A stretch of DNA of 64,000 nt, from positions 2,873 through 66,872 of the forward strand of contig CAZOZL010000012.1 in NCBI GenBank assembly GCA_964584305.1. Direction: 5' to 3'. Numbering within the stretch: position 1 is the stretch's first letter; each line of letters opens with the position of its first letter. Under the pieces are notes generated by a model, which did not search any database, was not told the origin of the DNA, and saw only the letters and a list, made by a program, of their open reading frames with translations. Origin of the DNA: an uncultured Burkholderiales bacterium. Its GTDB lineage: Bacteria; Bacteroidota; Bacteroidia; UBA8524. A program made the position numbers and the translations under genes. Below are positions 20,418-30,825 of this stretch, piece after piece.

Positions 20418-21518
20418 TTGTGTAACATAATGAGTATGCCTTCTAAAATATATATAAAACACCTATTAGTAGTTACTATTGCGTTGCTATTTAGTTCATT
20501 TTCGTTTAGTCAATCTTTTAGTTTTAAAATGCTTTCCTCATCAAAACCTACTAACCTAAGAGGACTAAGCGCAGTAGATAGTCTCACCATTTGGACTTGT
20601 GGAAACAATGGACATATTGGCAAAAGTATTGATGGCGGAACTACTTGGAATTGGGTAAACCCAATAGCCTATGAAAAAAGTGATTTTAGAGATGTACACG
20701 CATTTAGTGCTGATACTGCAATAATTATGGCAGCAGGTACGCCCGCATTAATACTTCGCACCACCAATGGAGGCATTACATGGGTGGAAGCATTTAGAAG
20801 TGATAACGAACGAGTGTTTTTAGACGCACTTGATTTTTGGGGCGATAAAAAGGGTATTTGCATTGGCGATTGGGTAGATAACAAACCTTACAACCTTAGC
20901 ACCTTTGACAAAGGAAAAACGTGGCAATTACAAAAATTTGAAACTGATTATAAAAATAAAGATGGTGCTTACTTTGCCGCAAGCGGTACTTGCCTAAGAG
21001 CATTTACTTTTGAGAGCGATACTGGCTTTATTGCCACCATATCAATAAATATTGACTCAAGCAATAAGCACGGGTTTATGGTTTTTGAAAAACTGAAACA
21101 CAATGAGTATGATATAGATTTGTATGATGCTCCATACACTACCACCGAGCCTTCGCAAGGGTTATTTTCTCTTTGCATTGATATTGATAATGAAATTATT
21201 TGGGTAGTAGGAGGCGACTATGCCAAACCGAATAATGGTTTTAGTGCTTTTTTTGATATTGATGACGATGAGTTTAAAATACCCCAAAGCCAAGTAAACG
21301 GCTACCGCAGTTGTGTTGAACTTTTTAGCTACAACAATACCACTATGGTAATAGCTTGTGGTCCAAATGGTGCTGATATTAGCATATCAAACATTGAAAA
21401 AATTGCTTGGAAACCTATAAGCCAGTTACCATTTAATACAGCAAAAAAATCAAGAATAGGAAACACTGTTTTTTTGTGTGGTAAGCAAGGTACTATATAC
21501 AAGCTGATAGTGAAGTAG
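20418..21518 (+). CDS. BNR/Asp-box repeat protein (Ycf48-like beta-propeller), secreted
   Basis: Repeated S/TxDxGxTW motifs: DGGTTWNWV, TNGGITWVEA, DKGKTWQLQ. Confidence 0.6.
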   Translation: MCNIMSMPSKIYIKHLLVVTIALLFSSFSFSQSFSFKMLSSSKPTNLRGLSAVDSLTIWTCGNNGHIGKSIDGGTTWNWVNPIAYEKSDFRDVHAFSADTAIIMAAGTPALILRTTNGGITWVEAFRSDNERVFLDALDFWGDKKGICIGDWVDNKPYNLSTFDKGKTWQLQKFETDYKNKDGAYFAASGTCLRAFTFESDTGFIATISINIDSSNKHGFMVFEKLKHNEYDIDLYDAPYTTTEPSQGLFSLCIDIDNEIIWVVGGDYAKPNNGFSAFFDIDDDEFKIPQSQVNGYRSCVELFSYNNTTMVIACGPNGADISISNIEKIAWKPISQLPFNTAKKSRIGNTVFLCGKQGTIYKLIVK

Positions 21519-21519
21519 C

Positions 21520-21930
21520 TTAGTGTTTTCTTGAGTTAATAAATTTCAAATAATTTTCTATCACTTTTAAATCGGCAATTGCCCAGTTAAGTGTGTATAA
21601 TTCTTGCGGGGCAAGCCATATCATAGCTTTATGCTCCAATAATTCAATCTCATTTCCGTTTCTCACACTGCATATAAAAGGAATTAACCGTATGGTTTGT
21701 ACTTCACTTTGGACATCGCTAAAGGGTAGCTCCTCCCAAATATCAATTTCAATGTTTAGCTCTTCTTTTATTTCACGCAAAAGGCATTTACGCTGGGTTT
21801 CATTAGACTCTACTTTTCCACCAGCAAACTCCCATTTGTTTGCCATAACTCCGCTATTCCCTTTTTGCACAGCAAGCACCTTGCCTGCCTGTTCTATAAT
21901 TGCACAGGTAACTTCTATTAGCATAATCAA
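21520..21930 (-). CDS. NUDIX hydrolase (MutT-like)
   Basis: Nudix box GGKVESNETQRKCLLREIKEELNI. Confidence 0.8.
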   Translation of the reverse strand: MIMLIEVTCAIIEQAGKVLAVQKGNSGVMANKWEFAGGKVESNETQRKCLLREIKEELNIEIDIWEELPFSDVQSEVQTIRLIPFICSVRNGNEIELLEHKAMIWLAPQELYTLNWAIADLKVIENYLKFINSRKH

Positions 21931-22020
21931 CGGCAGTTATATCTGTTTTTTATATTTAAAAAATTAAGTAGCCCTGATGTAGAACCAAAAAAATCATATT
22001 GAGGCTTAGGCTAATCGGGT

Positions 22021-24786
22021 TTATTTCCAATGTGGTAAATCTACCGTTGCGCTAAAATAAATCATCCGCCCTACGCGTGGTCCTCCATATACTTGTATTA
22101 CTTTATTGTTTAGCAAATTGCTTGCCCCCAATTTAAAAGTAGTGTATATGCGGGTTACTTTATAGTTTACTTGAGCATCTACCATAGCGTAAGTGGGTAC
22201 TAAGCCTGTAAATTGTGGCGAGCCCTCAAAAATAAATCCTTCCACCCAGCGGTAGTTTATATTATATCCCCAATTGCGTATTCGCAACTTCCCTATTTTT
22301 GATGTTATTTCTCTTCCGTTAATACCAATATTAAATTTATGTGCGGGCGTATTAAATGCGGGTATAATAGGGTCAATACTGCCTTGCCTGTCAAGCACAT
22401 TCCAGCTATAATTTCCTGCAAAGTTAAACCATGCCTTAATATAGTAGTTTAAACCTATGGAAAACCCTGTGGTAGTAACTAAATCTGTTGAGTTGGCTGT
22501 AACCCTAAATACATCAGTTTTGCTGGGTAGGTTGGTATTAGGGTCAATTTCTAAGTCCATACCAATTTTAAATCCTAAGAAATCTCGGTAAACACTATAA
22601 TAGTAGCTGGCATCAATAAAAAGTTTTTTACCTATTGTAGTTCTATACCCTATTTCGGCAGTGCGTACCCGTTCAGGTTTTACAGGGGCTACATCAAAAA
22701 AGTTTAAATCGTTTTGGTTTTGCGAGTTTAAATAAGTTACAAAAGACCCTACCGTTACTAAATCTTGATATCCTTCAAGGTTTCCTAAAAGTGTAGCTCT
22801 ACCCACATTTAAAAAGAAATATTGATCGGTGAGTGTGGGGTTACGTATGGCTGATGCAAAAGAGAACCTGAAAATATTTTTTTTCTTTACATAAACAGCG
22901 GTGAATGCAGGCGAAAACAGATGGTCGAAATTTTGATTTTTGTCCATCCGTAATGTGGCACTAAGTTTTAGTTTTTCTTTTAAAAATTTCTTTTCTATGC
23001 CTGTATAAACACCGTATTCAAAATTGCTTATTCTAGCTCCTGCGGTGTCTATAAATAGTGTTCCCTGTGAGTAGGGACGGTATAAACGAGCACTTGCACC
23101 TACACGTATATCAGCAAATTTTGGGTTAAAAATATATTCGCCTTGTGCATGATATAGGGCAGACTTATCAAAAAATCGTGAGCCGCCTTCTGTTGATTTT
23201 GCAGAGGTGATGGCATTAAAAGCAGAATCAAATGCTTTTGTACCAGGGGCGAAGCGTTCGGCTATACTTATATTTTCGTTGTTGGCAAAGTTGCGGGTTT
23301 CTGCGTGCCATTTCACAAAAGAGTCGTAAAAATTGTTTTCTAAAAAATCTCGTCGTCGTCGTGATAATGTAGTATCACCTGTTTGAAACTGAGGAAACCC
23401 TGGTAATGAGCGTACTTTATTATCAATATTAGCGTTCCAATAATTAGCATAGTCTAAACTCCATTGCACATCTGTTTTAGCATTGTCTTGTAATAGTAGT
23501 GCCGTACGAAAGGCATCGTATGAGTTTCCTGCATCCTCGTGTGTGGTATAAATTCTAAAAAAATATTTCTTATTTTTTCTTATCTCAAGCCTGTTTTGAT
23601 AAAAACGAATATTGCGTAAGCTAAAACGGTTATCTCCCTGATATACTGTTGTTCCTGCACCAAAGTTAAAAGCATAAATCAGCTCAACATCTTTTTTTAT
23701 TTTGTAGTGTGCGGCAAGGCTACTTTTAAAGTTTCGGGTATCGTAGTCAACAATATCAATCTCTTTATAGCCAGAACGATAGTATGTGCCTAAGGCAGGT
23801 ACAGCAAGCTGCCCATCACGGTCGTTGCGCTGTTGGTATTCATCACCATAGATGTTTACTGCATCCCAGCCCCCAGGGTTACCAAATGGCGAGCGAGATT
23901 GTGGTGTAGGCTCATAGTTTTCGGCTTCCCAATCATCTGCTCGTAGTGTAAATAAATTTACTTTATAGGCAAACTTTTCTTCGCCTTTTTTGTTTTTAAA
24001 TACTTGTGCAAAACGTACTGCCATTTCACTCAAGCGGCGTTCGCCTACCTTTACTTGGGCTGAAAATCCTTGATAATCAAAAGGGTTTTTGCTGGTCATA
24101 TTTATAACCCCATTAAAGGCATTCGGTCCATAGTATGCACCACTTGCACCCACTATTAAATCTACCCTTAAAATATCTAATTCTGATGCCCCTAAAAAAT
24201 TACCTAACGAAAAATTTAAACCTGGTGCTTGGTTATCCACTCCATCAATTAATTGTAGCGAGCGCACGGGCGAAGTACTATTAAACCCTCGTGTATTTAT
24301 TACTTTAAAGCCAATACTAGCTGCTGTTATATCCACTCCTTTAAGGTGCGCTAACCCTTCATAAAAATTGGCAGCAGGAGTTTCTTTTATAGAAATTAGG
24401 TCTAATGACTCTATGGTTAATGGGGCTTGCTTTTGCTTTTCCGAAATTCGCATTTCAGTAACCTCTATCTCACCTACACTAATCACATTAGGTTGAAGCC
24501 TTATGGTAAGGCTCTTTTTTGTATTTTTTATTTCAATTTCTTGAGTAAGATAGCCCGTATAGCTAATAACAATGGTTAGCGGAAGTGTATCCACCCTTAG
24601 TTTAAAATTACCGCTAAGGTCTGTAGTTACTCCTTTTGAAGTGTTTTTTATCAAAATAGATGCACCTATTAATCCTTCATTAGTTTCAGCATCTTTTACC
24701 TTGCCTTTAAGGTACTGTTGCGCTGAAAGCGAACTGGTGAAAAATAGAAAAAGTAAAACAGTATAAATATTTCTCATTAGTTTCAC
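22021..24786 (-). CDS. TonB-dependent receptor with N-terminal carboxypeptidase-regulatory-like domain
   Basis: Signal peptide, CarbopepD_reg-like YLKGKVKDAETNEGLIGASILIKNT, plug and barrel; 921 aa. Confidence 0.8.
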   Translation of the reverse strand: MKLMRNIYTVLLFLFFTSSLSAQQYLKGKVKDAETNEGLIGASILIKNTSKGVTTDLSGNFKLRVDTLPLTIVISYTGYLTQEIEIKNTKKSLTIRLQPNVISVGEIEVTEMRISEKQKQAPLTIESLDLISIKETPAANFYEGLAHLKGVDITAASIGFKVINTRGFNSTSPVRSLQLIDGVDNQAPGLNFSLGNFLGASELDILRVDLIVGASGAYYGPNAFNGVINMTSKNPFDYQGFSAQVKVGERRLSEMAVRFAQVFKNKKGEEKFAYKVNLFTLRADDWEAENYEPTPQSRSPFGNPGGWDAVNIYGDEYQQRNDRDGQLAVPALGTYYRSGYKEIDIVDYDTRNFKSSLAAHYKIKKDVELIYAFNFGAGTTVYQGDNRFSLRNIRFYQNRLEIRKNKKYFFRIYTTHEDAGNSYDAFRTALLLQDNAKTDVQWSLDYANYWNANIDNKVRSLPGFPQFQTGDTTLSRRRRDFLENNFYDSFVKWHAETRNFANNENISIAERFAPGTKAFDSAFNAITSAKSTEGGSRFFDKSALYHAQGEYIFNPKFADIRVGASARLYRPYSQGTLFIDTAGARISNFEYGVYTGIEKKFLKEKLKLSATLRMDKNQNFDHLFSPAFTAVYVKKKNIFRFSFASAIRNPTLTDQYFFLNVGRATLLGNLEGYQDLVTVGSFVTYLNSQNQNDLNFFDVAPVKPERVRTAEIGYRTTIGKKLFIDASYYYSVYRDFLGFKIGMDLEIDPNTNLPSKTDVFRVTANSTDLVTTTGFSIGLNYYIKAWFNFAGNYSWNVLDRQGSIDPIIPAFNTPAHKFNIGINGREITSKIGKLRIRNWGYNINYRWVEGFIFEGSPQFTGLVPTYAMVDAQVNYKVTRIYTTFKLGASNLLNNKVIQVYGGPRVGRMIYFSATVDLPHWK

Positions 24787-24988
24787 ATAAAAAACGTTGT
24801 AAATATATAGTAAACAAGCAAATTTGAACTATTTTGTTTTAAGTTTCCTTTTTATACGCAGTGAAAAGTCGGGCGTGATTGGTATAGCACCAAGCAAGGG
24901 GAAACATTATTGAAGTTGCAGGCATTAAGATATACTGTTTTTTGGAATTGCGCTTACTTTTTCAGATATTTACAAATCTATTTTAATT

Positions 24989-25669
24989 ATGAAAAAACTA
25001 CTTTCAATAAGTGTACTGTTTATTTGCAGCATTGCTGTTTTTAGTCAGGAAAAGACAACGCCATCAGTGTACAACCATCAAGTAGGCATAAATGCGACAG
25101 CATTTATAAAACAGTTTCTTACCTTTAATAATAATATAACTGTTACAAATTCGCCTTATTTGCTTACCTATAAACATATAACTGAAGGCGGAGGGCTACG
25201 GACAGGATTAGGGTTAAGTTATAGTGATATTATAGAAAGCCCTGCTAGCGGAGGAGTACGGAGGGCAAAAACTAACGCGGCAAGTATTGATTTTAGACTT
25301 GGGTTTGAGGCTCAAAAACAACTTAACAAACGCTGGTTGTTCTACTACGGGCTAGATGCTTTATACAGTTACCGTTTACTCAGAGTGCAAAGTTCCGTTT
25401 TGACACCGTCTCCATTTCAGCCTAATTCGGAAATTATTACAGATAGAGAAACATTTGGTTTTGGGGCAGGTCCTGTTTTGGGTGTTGAGTTTAAAATAGG
25501 CAAACGCCTTAGTTTAAATACAGAAACTACTGCCTACTTTGTATATTCAGAGGAAAGAAGAAGAATGAGTAACTCTAATTTTAGTAATTTTAATACCAAT
25601 GAGTTTTCAGTAGCTAGTGGGTTAAGTATTATTATACCTACATCATTATTTTTAGTGCTTCATTTTTAA
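24989..25669 (+). CDS. outer-membrane beta-barrel protein (hypothetical)
   Basis: Signal peptide, alternating amphipathic strands, C-terminal Phe. Confidence 0.45.
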   Translation: MKKLLSISVLFICSIAVFSQEKTTPSVYNHQVGINATAFIKQFLTFNNNITVTNSPYLLTYKHITEGGGLRTGLGLSYSDIIESPASGGVRRAKTNAASIDFRLGFEAQKQLNKRWLFYYGLDALYSYRLLRVQSSVLTPSPFQPNSEIITDRETFGFGAGPVLGVEFKIGKRLSLNTETTAYFVYSEERRRMSNSNFSNFNTNEFSVASGLSIIIPTSLFLVLHF

Positions 25670-25684
25670 AAAAATATCAAAACT

Positions 25685-26839
25685 ATGAAACGTATTATTT
25701 TTAAGACCTTTGCCCTATCAATTACCTTTATTTTTATTAGTTCATGTAAAAAAAATTCGCCTACTGGTGGTTTAGCTTATGAAGAACCTAAATTACCGCA
25801 ATCGTCATTTGCGTATAAAGATGCCGCTAAAAAACTTCCTAAAAATACAATAGACGTTACCGATGATAGGGCTACACTAGGTAGAGTGCTATTTTATGAA
25901 AAGGCATTATCGGTAAATAACCTTATTTCTTGCGGAAGCTGCCATATACAGAATATGGGGTTTGCTGATGGAAGACAATTTAGCATTGGCTTTGAAACAT
26001 TAGCTACTCCCCGTAACTCGCCAGCAATTATTAATGCAGGGGCAATGCAAAGTTTTTTTTGGGATGCTAGGGCAAGATTTGGCTTACAGAATATGGTGTT
26101 AATGCCAGTACAAAACCATTTGGAGATGGGAATTGACAATTTAGACTACGCTGTTGCCAAAATAAATGCTAGACCATATTACAAACCACTACTTGAAAAA
26201 GCGTATGGCATTAAAGAGATTACCAAACCTATCTTAGCAGGAGCATTAGCTAATTTTTTAGCAAGTATGACTGTAACAAATACAAAATATGATATAGGTG
26301 AGGCAAATAATTTCACCAATTTTTCTATCCAAGAAAAAGAAGGACTTGAATTGTTTACCACTTTAGAGTGTACTAGCTGCCATAATATAGAATTACAAAC
26401 AGGAGGAAACTGGATTGGACAAAGTTTTGCAAATGTGGGATTGAGTGAGGTTTATGAAGATAAAGGAATGTTGGACCAAGAACCATTTAAGAATAATGAC
26501 TGGTTTAAGGGGGTGTTTAAAGTCCCATCACTTAGAAATATAGCTTTAACAGCACCCTATATGCACGATGGGCGTTTTGCAACTTTAGAGCAAGTGATTG
26601 AACACTATAATAGTGGAGTGAGGAAACATCCGAGCCTATCTTTTCATTTGAGAAATCAAGCATTAATAGCTATTAATGATAAACAACCTTTTACTAAGCA
26701 GCGAGTAATTATGGGCAATGGTGATGACCCTTGGCAGTTAAATTTAACCCAAAATGAAAAAGATGCTTTGGTAGCGTTTTTGAAAACATTAACCGATGAC
26801 GATTTTATCAGCCACCCCATGTACTCAAACCCTTTTTAA
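25685..26839 (+). CDS. di-haem cytochrome c peroxidase (lipoprotein)
   Basis: Two CxxCH sites (CGSCH, CTSCH), lipobox SSCKK, CCP/MauG-like spacing. Confidence 0.8.
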   Translation: MKRIIFKTFALSITFIFISSCKKNSPTGGLAYEEPKLPQSSFAYKDAAKKLPKNTIDVTDDRATLGRVLFYEKALSVNNLISCGSCHIQNMGFADGRQFSIGFETLATPRNSPAIINAGAMQSFFWDARARFGLQNMVLMPVQNHLEMGIDNLDYAVAKINARPYYKPLLEKAYGIKEITKPILAGALANFLASMTVTNTKYDIGEANNFTNFSIQEKEGLELFTTLECTSCHNIELQTGGNWIGQSFANVGLSEVYEDKGMLDQEPFKNNDWFKGVFKVPSLRNIALTAPYMHDGRFATLEQVIEHYNSGVRKHPSLSFHLRNQALIAINDKQPFTKQRVIMGNGDDPWQLNLTQNEKDALVAFLKTLTDDDFISHPMYSNPF

Positions 26840-26849
26840 CAGTAAGGAG

Positions 26850-27533
26850 TTAACCCAATAAATTTTTTAATTCAGCCATCCCGTCGGTGGCTGTCTTGTT
26901 TATAAGAGTTAGGTTTTCTACTCCCTGCACAGGTTCGCCTTTTGGGTCTATAAAATATTTGGGTATTTCAGTAGGGGCGTAGTGCAATAAACCTGCCGCA
27001 GGATATACCTGCAACGATGTGCCTACGATAACTAAAACATCAGCTTGGGCGGTAATCATAGTGGCAACTTCCATCATGGGTACTTCCTCGCCAAACCACA
27101 CTATATGCGGACGTAGTTGGCTTCCATCTTCTGCCAAATCTCCCCACTTTACCTCCCAGCCCTCAAGCTCGTATGTTTTAAAAGCATTTTTAATGCTACG
27201 TACTTTTTTTAGTTCGCCGTGTAAATGTATAATATGGTTTGAGCCTGCACGCTCGTGCAAGTCATCTACATTTTGAGTGATAATATGTACCTCATACTCT
27301 TTTTCTAATTCAGCCAAGGCAATATGTCCCGCATTGGGTTTCACCTCAAAAAGCTGTTTGCGACGTTGGTTATAAAACTCTAATACCAACTGTGGGTTTC
27401 TATTCCACCCATCAATACTGGCAACGTCCATCACATCGTGGTTTTCCCACAAGCCATCGCTATCTCTGAAGGTTTTTATACCGCTTTCGGCACTCATACC
27501 TGCACCTGTAAGTACTACTAACTTTTGTTTCAT
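26850..27533 (-). CDS. Sir2-family NAD-dependent protein deacylase
   Basis: GAGMSAESGIKTFRD, QNVDDLHERAG and HG motifs; a short form without the Zn Cys cluster. Confidence 0.8.
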   Translation of the reverse strand: MKQKLVVLTGAGMSAESGIKTFRDSDGLWENHDVMDVASIDGWNRNPQLVLEFYNQRRKQLFEVKPNAGHIALAELEKEYEVHIITQNVDDLHERAGSNHIIHLHGELKKVRSIKNAFKTYELEGWEVKWGDLAEDGSQLRPHIVWFGEEVPMMEVATMITAQADVLVIVGTSLQVYPAAGLLHYAPTEIPKYFIDPKGEPVQGVENLTLINKTATDGMAELKNLLG

Positions 27534-27543
27534 AAAACCACCA

Positions 27544-29331
27544 TTACATCCTTTGGGGGGCAGTAATACCTAAAAGGGTGAGCCCTTGCTTTAATATTTT
27601 TCCTGTGGTTTCTGTGAGCAATACACGGAAGGATTTTAAACCCTCATCCGTTTCTTTATTCACGGGCATATCTCTATAAAAACGATTGTATAGCTTTGCC
27701 AAATCGTAAATATAGGCGGCAATGGTGGCGGGGTTATAATTTTGCCCTGCTTCTTCTACTGCTTTAGGAAACTTTGATAAGCCTATTATCAAATCATGTT
27801 CTGTTTTGCTAATGGTTGTTGGGTGGTGGTTTGAAGGTGTAAAACCACTATCGGTTATGTTTTTTAATAGCGAGCATATACGGGCGTGTACATATTGTAT
27901 AAAAGTACCTGTATTTCCTTGAAAATCTATACTCTCTTTGGGGTTAAATAAAATGCGTTTGGCAGGTTCTACACGTAATAAAAAATATTTTAAAGCACCC
28001 ATGCCTATGGTTTCAAAAAGCAGGGTTTGTTCTTTTTCACTTAGTCCATCAACTTTGCCCAGTTCTTTACTAAGTTCTTTGGCGGTAGCGTGCATTTCAT
28101 CCATCAGCTCGTCAGCATCTACTACTGTACCTTCCCTAGATTTCATTTTGCCTTCGGGCAAATCTACCATCCCATAGCTAAGGTGGTATAAACCACTGGC
28201 ATAGCCTTTTCCAAGTTTTTTTAGAATGGTAAATAATACTTTAAAGTGATAATCTTGCTCATTGCCTACCACATATACCGATTTTTCGCACGCATACTCT
28301 TCAAATTTTTTATCAGCAGTGCCAATATCCTGTGTCATATATACAGAAGTACCGTCTCTACGAAGCAGTAGTTTTTCGTCTAATTTTTCAGCAGTTAAGT
28401 CAATCCAAACACTGTTGTCTTCTTTTTTAAAAAATACGCCTTTTTCTAAACCCTCGTTTACAGTACTTTTTCCTAATAGGTAGGTATTGCTTTCGTAATA
28501 ATATTGGTTGAAGTTTACGCCTAAACGCTTGTAGGTGGTAGCAAAACCATCGTACACCCATTTGTTCATAGTTTGCCAAAGGGTAATCACCTCTTTGTTT
28601 CCTGCTTCCCATTGGCGCAGCATTTCTTGCGCTTCTACTAATAGGGGAGCGATCTTTTTGGCTTCCTCCTCACTTTTTCCTTCGGCTATTAGTTGTTTTA
28701 TCTCTTTTTTATACTGCTGGTCAAATTTCACATAGTATTTTCCTACAAGGTGGTCGCCTTTTAGTCCGCTACTTTCTGGCGTTTCTCCATTACCAAATTT
28801 TTGCCATGCTAACATACTTTTGCAAATATGAATGCCACGGTCGTTTACAAGGTTTACTTTCACTACCTCGTAACTGTTATAGGCTAATATTTGGCTAACA
28901 GAAAAGCCCAATAGGTTGTTTCGTACGTGCCCTAAGTGCAAAGGCTTATTAGTATTTGGCGATGAGTACTCTACCATTACTTTTTGCCTTTTGCCTATTT
29001 GGGTTTTTCCAAAATTTTCAGAAGGTTGAATATCGCTAAAGAAAAAATTTAACCAGTATTTAGTAGCAATTTCAAGGTTTAAAAAACCCTTTATTACGTT
29101 GTAATTTTCTACCTCATCGCAATTTTCTTTTAAATACCTACCAATATCAGTTGCTGTTTCTTCTGGTTTCTTTTTGCTGTTTCTAAGAAAGGGAAATACT
29201 ACAAAAGTATAATCGCCCACAAAATCGGGCTTTGTGGTTTCCATTTTCAAAGTGTTTGTTTCTACATTGGCACTATACAGGTGTTGTAGTGCTTTTGCAA
29301 TATGCTGTTGTAAAATAGCCTCAATACTCAT
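27544..29331 (-). CDS. argS: arginine--tRNA ligase
   Basis: HLGHVRN (HIGH-type) and GKMKSREG (KMSK-type) motifs; 595 aa. Confidence 0.9.
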   Translation of the reverse strand: MSIEAILQQHIAKALQHLYSANVETNTLKMETTKPDFVGDYTFVVFPFLRNSKKKPEETATDIGRYLKENCDEVENYNVIKGFLNLEIATKYWLNFFFSDIQPSENFGKTQIGKRQKVMVEYSSPNTNKPLHLGHVRNNLLGFSVSQILAYNSYEVVKVNLVNDRGIHICKSMLAWQKFGNGETPESSGLKGDHLVGKYYVKFDQQYKKEIKQLIAEGKSEEEAKKIAPLLVEAQEMLRQWEAGNKEVITLWQTMNKWVYDGFATTYKRLGVNFNQYYYESNTYLLGKSTVNEGLEKGVFFKKEDNSVWIDLTAEKLDEKLLLRRDGTSVYMTQDIGTADKKFEEYACEKSVYVVGNEQDYHFKVLFTILKKLGKGYASGLYHLSYGMVDLPEGKMKSREGTVVDADELMDEMHATAKELSKELGKVDGLSEKEQTLLFETIGMGALKYFLLRVEPAKRILFNPKESIDFQGNTGTFIQYVHARICSLLKNITDSGFTPSNHHPTTISKTEHDLIIGLSKFPKAVEEAGQNYNPATIAAYIYDLAKLYNRFYRDMPVNKETDEGLKSFRVLLTETTGKILKQGLTLLGITAPQRM

Positions 29332-29380
29332 TATGCTACAAAGATATTTTGTGCGGCGAGATGTTGGGGATTTTTTTTAC

Positions 29381-30181
29381 TTAAAAAGGAGAGTCTTTTT
29401 CTTTAGCTACGCTATTATATACCATACCATCCATAAAAGAGGGGAAAAAGCGATTAAGCCATACTGTTAATTTGCCCAATCCTGTGAGTATTATATACTT
29501 TTTGCGTTTTGTAGTTGCTTTAATAATATGGTGGGCTACTTCTTTGGCACTCATTAGTTTTTTCTCTTCTAAAGGGCTTTCGCCTTGTGCTTTACCTTCT
29601 TTGTTTAAACCCGCATTGCGAATGTTTGATGTTGTATAACCAGGGCAGGCAACCAGTACGTGCAAGCCTGTTTTGTGGTTTTCTATACGCAGTGATTCTA
29701 AAAAACCTTGCATAGCAAACTTTGAGGCAGAATAACCCGTGCGCCCAGGTAAGCCTTTAAAACCCGCTATTGATGATATACCTACCACACTGCCTTTGCT
29801 TTTTAAAAGATGGGGAAGCGCATATTTAGTACAAAACACTGTGCCCCAAAAGTTTATATCCATTAGCCGTTTTATAACCTCCAAATCAGCATCGTTAAAC
29901 AAGGCACGCATGGTTATACCTGCATTGTTTACCAAAACATCAATAGTGTTAAATGTTTTTAGGGTTTCAGTTATTATATTTTTGCAATGGCTTTCTATAC
30001 TCACATCAGCTTGCACTACAAGGTGCTGGTTGTTTAGTTTTGCCGCTACACCATTTAGTTTTTCAACATTGCGGGCTGCCAAAACTACTTTTGCACCTTG
30101 TTTATCAAAGGCGTAGGCAAGTGCTTCACCAATGCCCGACGATGCTCCTGTAATTATAACTACTTTGTTTGTGAAACTCAA
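29381..30181 (-). CDS. SDR family oxidoreductase
   Basis: TGASSGIGEALA cofactor motif; YxxxK region present. Confidence 0.8.
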   Translation of the reverse strand: MSFTNKVVIITGASSGIGEALAYAFDKQGAKVVLAARNVEKLNGVAAKLNNQHLVVQADVSIESHCKNIITETLKTFNTIDVLVNNAGITMRALFNDADLEVIKRLMDINFWGTVFCTKYALPHLLKSKGSVVGISSIAGFKGLPGRTGYSASKFAMQGFLESLRIENHKTGLHVLVACPGYTTSNIRNAGLNKEGKAQGESPLEEKKLMSAKEVAHHIIKATTKRKKYIILTGLGKLTVWLNRFFPSFMDGMVYNSVAKEKDSPF

Positions 30182-30183
30182 AA

Positions 30184-30765
30184 TTATGCGTTATCGTTTT
30201 TAACATAATCAGGCGTTTGCCCTTTTTTCCAAATAATGGGCTCGCCAGCCGTAACAGGGATTTCGGGGAAATCAACCTCAATACCGTCTAAACAATACTC
30301 AATAGCATCTTCTAAATATACTTGAGTAACCAGTTCATCATTCTCCCAATTATCATCAATAGCACCTTTGTATACTAATTCTCTTTTAGAGCTAAAAAGG
30401 AAAACTTCGGGATTATATCTTGCGCCAAATGCCTTAGCCACTTCTTGACTCTCATCATGCAGAAACAAAAAATTACGCTCTTCTAACTTATAGTGCTTTG
30501 CCGCTTTTTTCATCATCTCAAAACTATCAGCAGGAGATTGCTCTACATCATTACTATTAATACCAATTATGGCGAAGTTATCATCTTCGTATTTATCAAA
30601 TAGTTCTATCAAACGCCTGCTATATGCCTGCGAGTACTCGTTGTTATTACTAGTAAAAACAATAGCTAATGCGTATTTATCCGCAAAATCATCGTAGTTA
30701 TTTCTTATCTGACCAAAAACGCCTTGTAGTTTAAAATCAGGCATTTTATCACCTATATTTAGCAT
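30184..30765 (-). CDS. thioredoxin-fold protein (AhpC/TSA-like lacking the peroxidatic Cys)
   Basis: Fold-level resemblance only; 2-bp gap to the SDR gene. Confidence 0.35.
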   Translation of the reverse strand: MLNIGDKMPDFKLQGVFGQIRNNYDDFADKYALAIVFTSNNNEYSQAYSRRLIELFDKYEDDNFAIIGINSNDVEQSPADSFEMMKKAAKHYKLEERNFLFLHDESQEVAKAFGARYNPEVFLFSSKRELVYKGAIDDNWENDELVTQVYLEDAIEYCLDGIEVDFPEIPVTAGEPIIWKKGQTPDYVKNDNA

Positions 30766-30825
30766 AGTAGTATTGTTTAATAATATTTAGACCTTTGCAA
30801 ATATCTTGATTTTATAACGTAATTA

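Noticed and set aside
24989-25669. MbnP-like copper-binding partner of the cytochrome c peroxidase
   Set aside because: The protein has no Cys after the signal peptide and has the alternating pattern and C-terminal Phe of a beta-barrel OMP instead.
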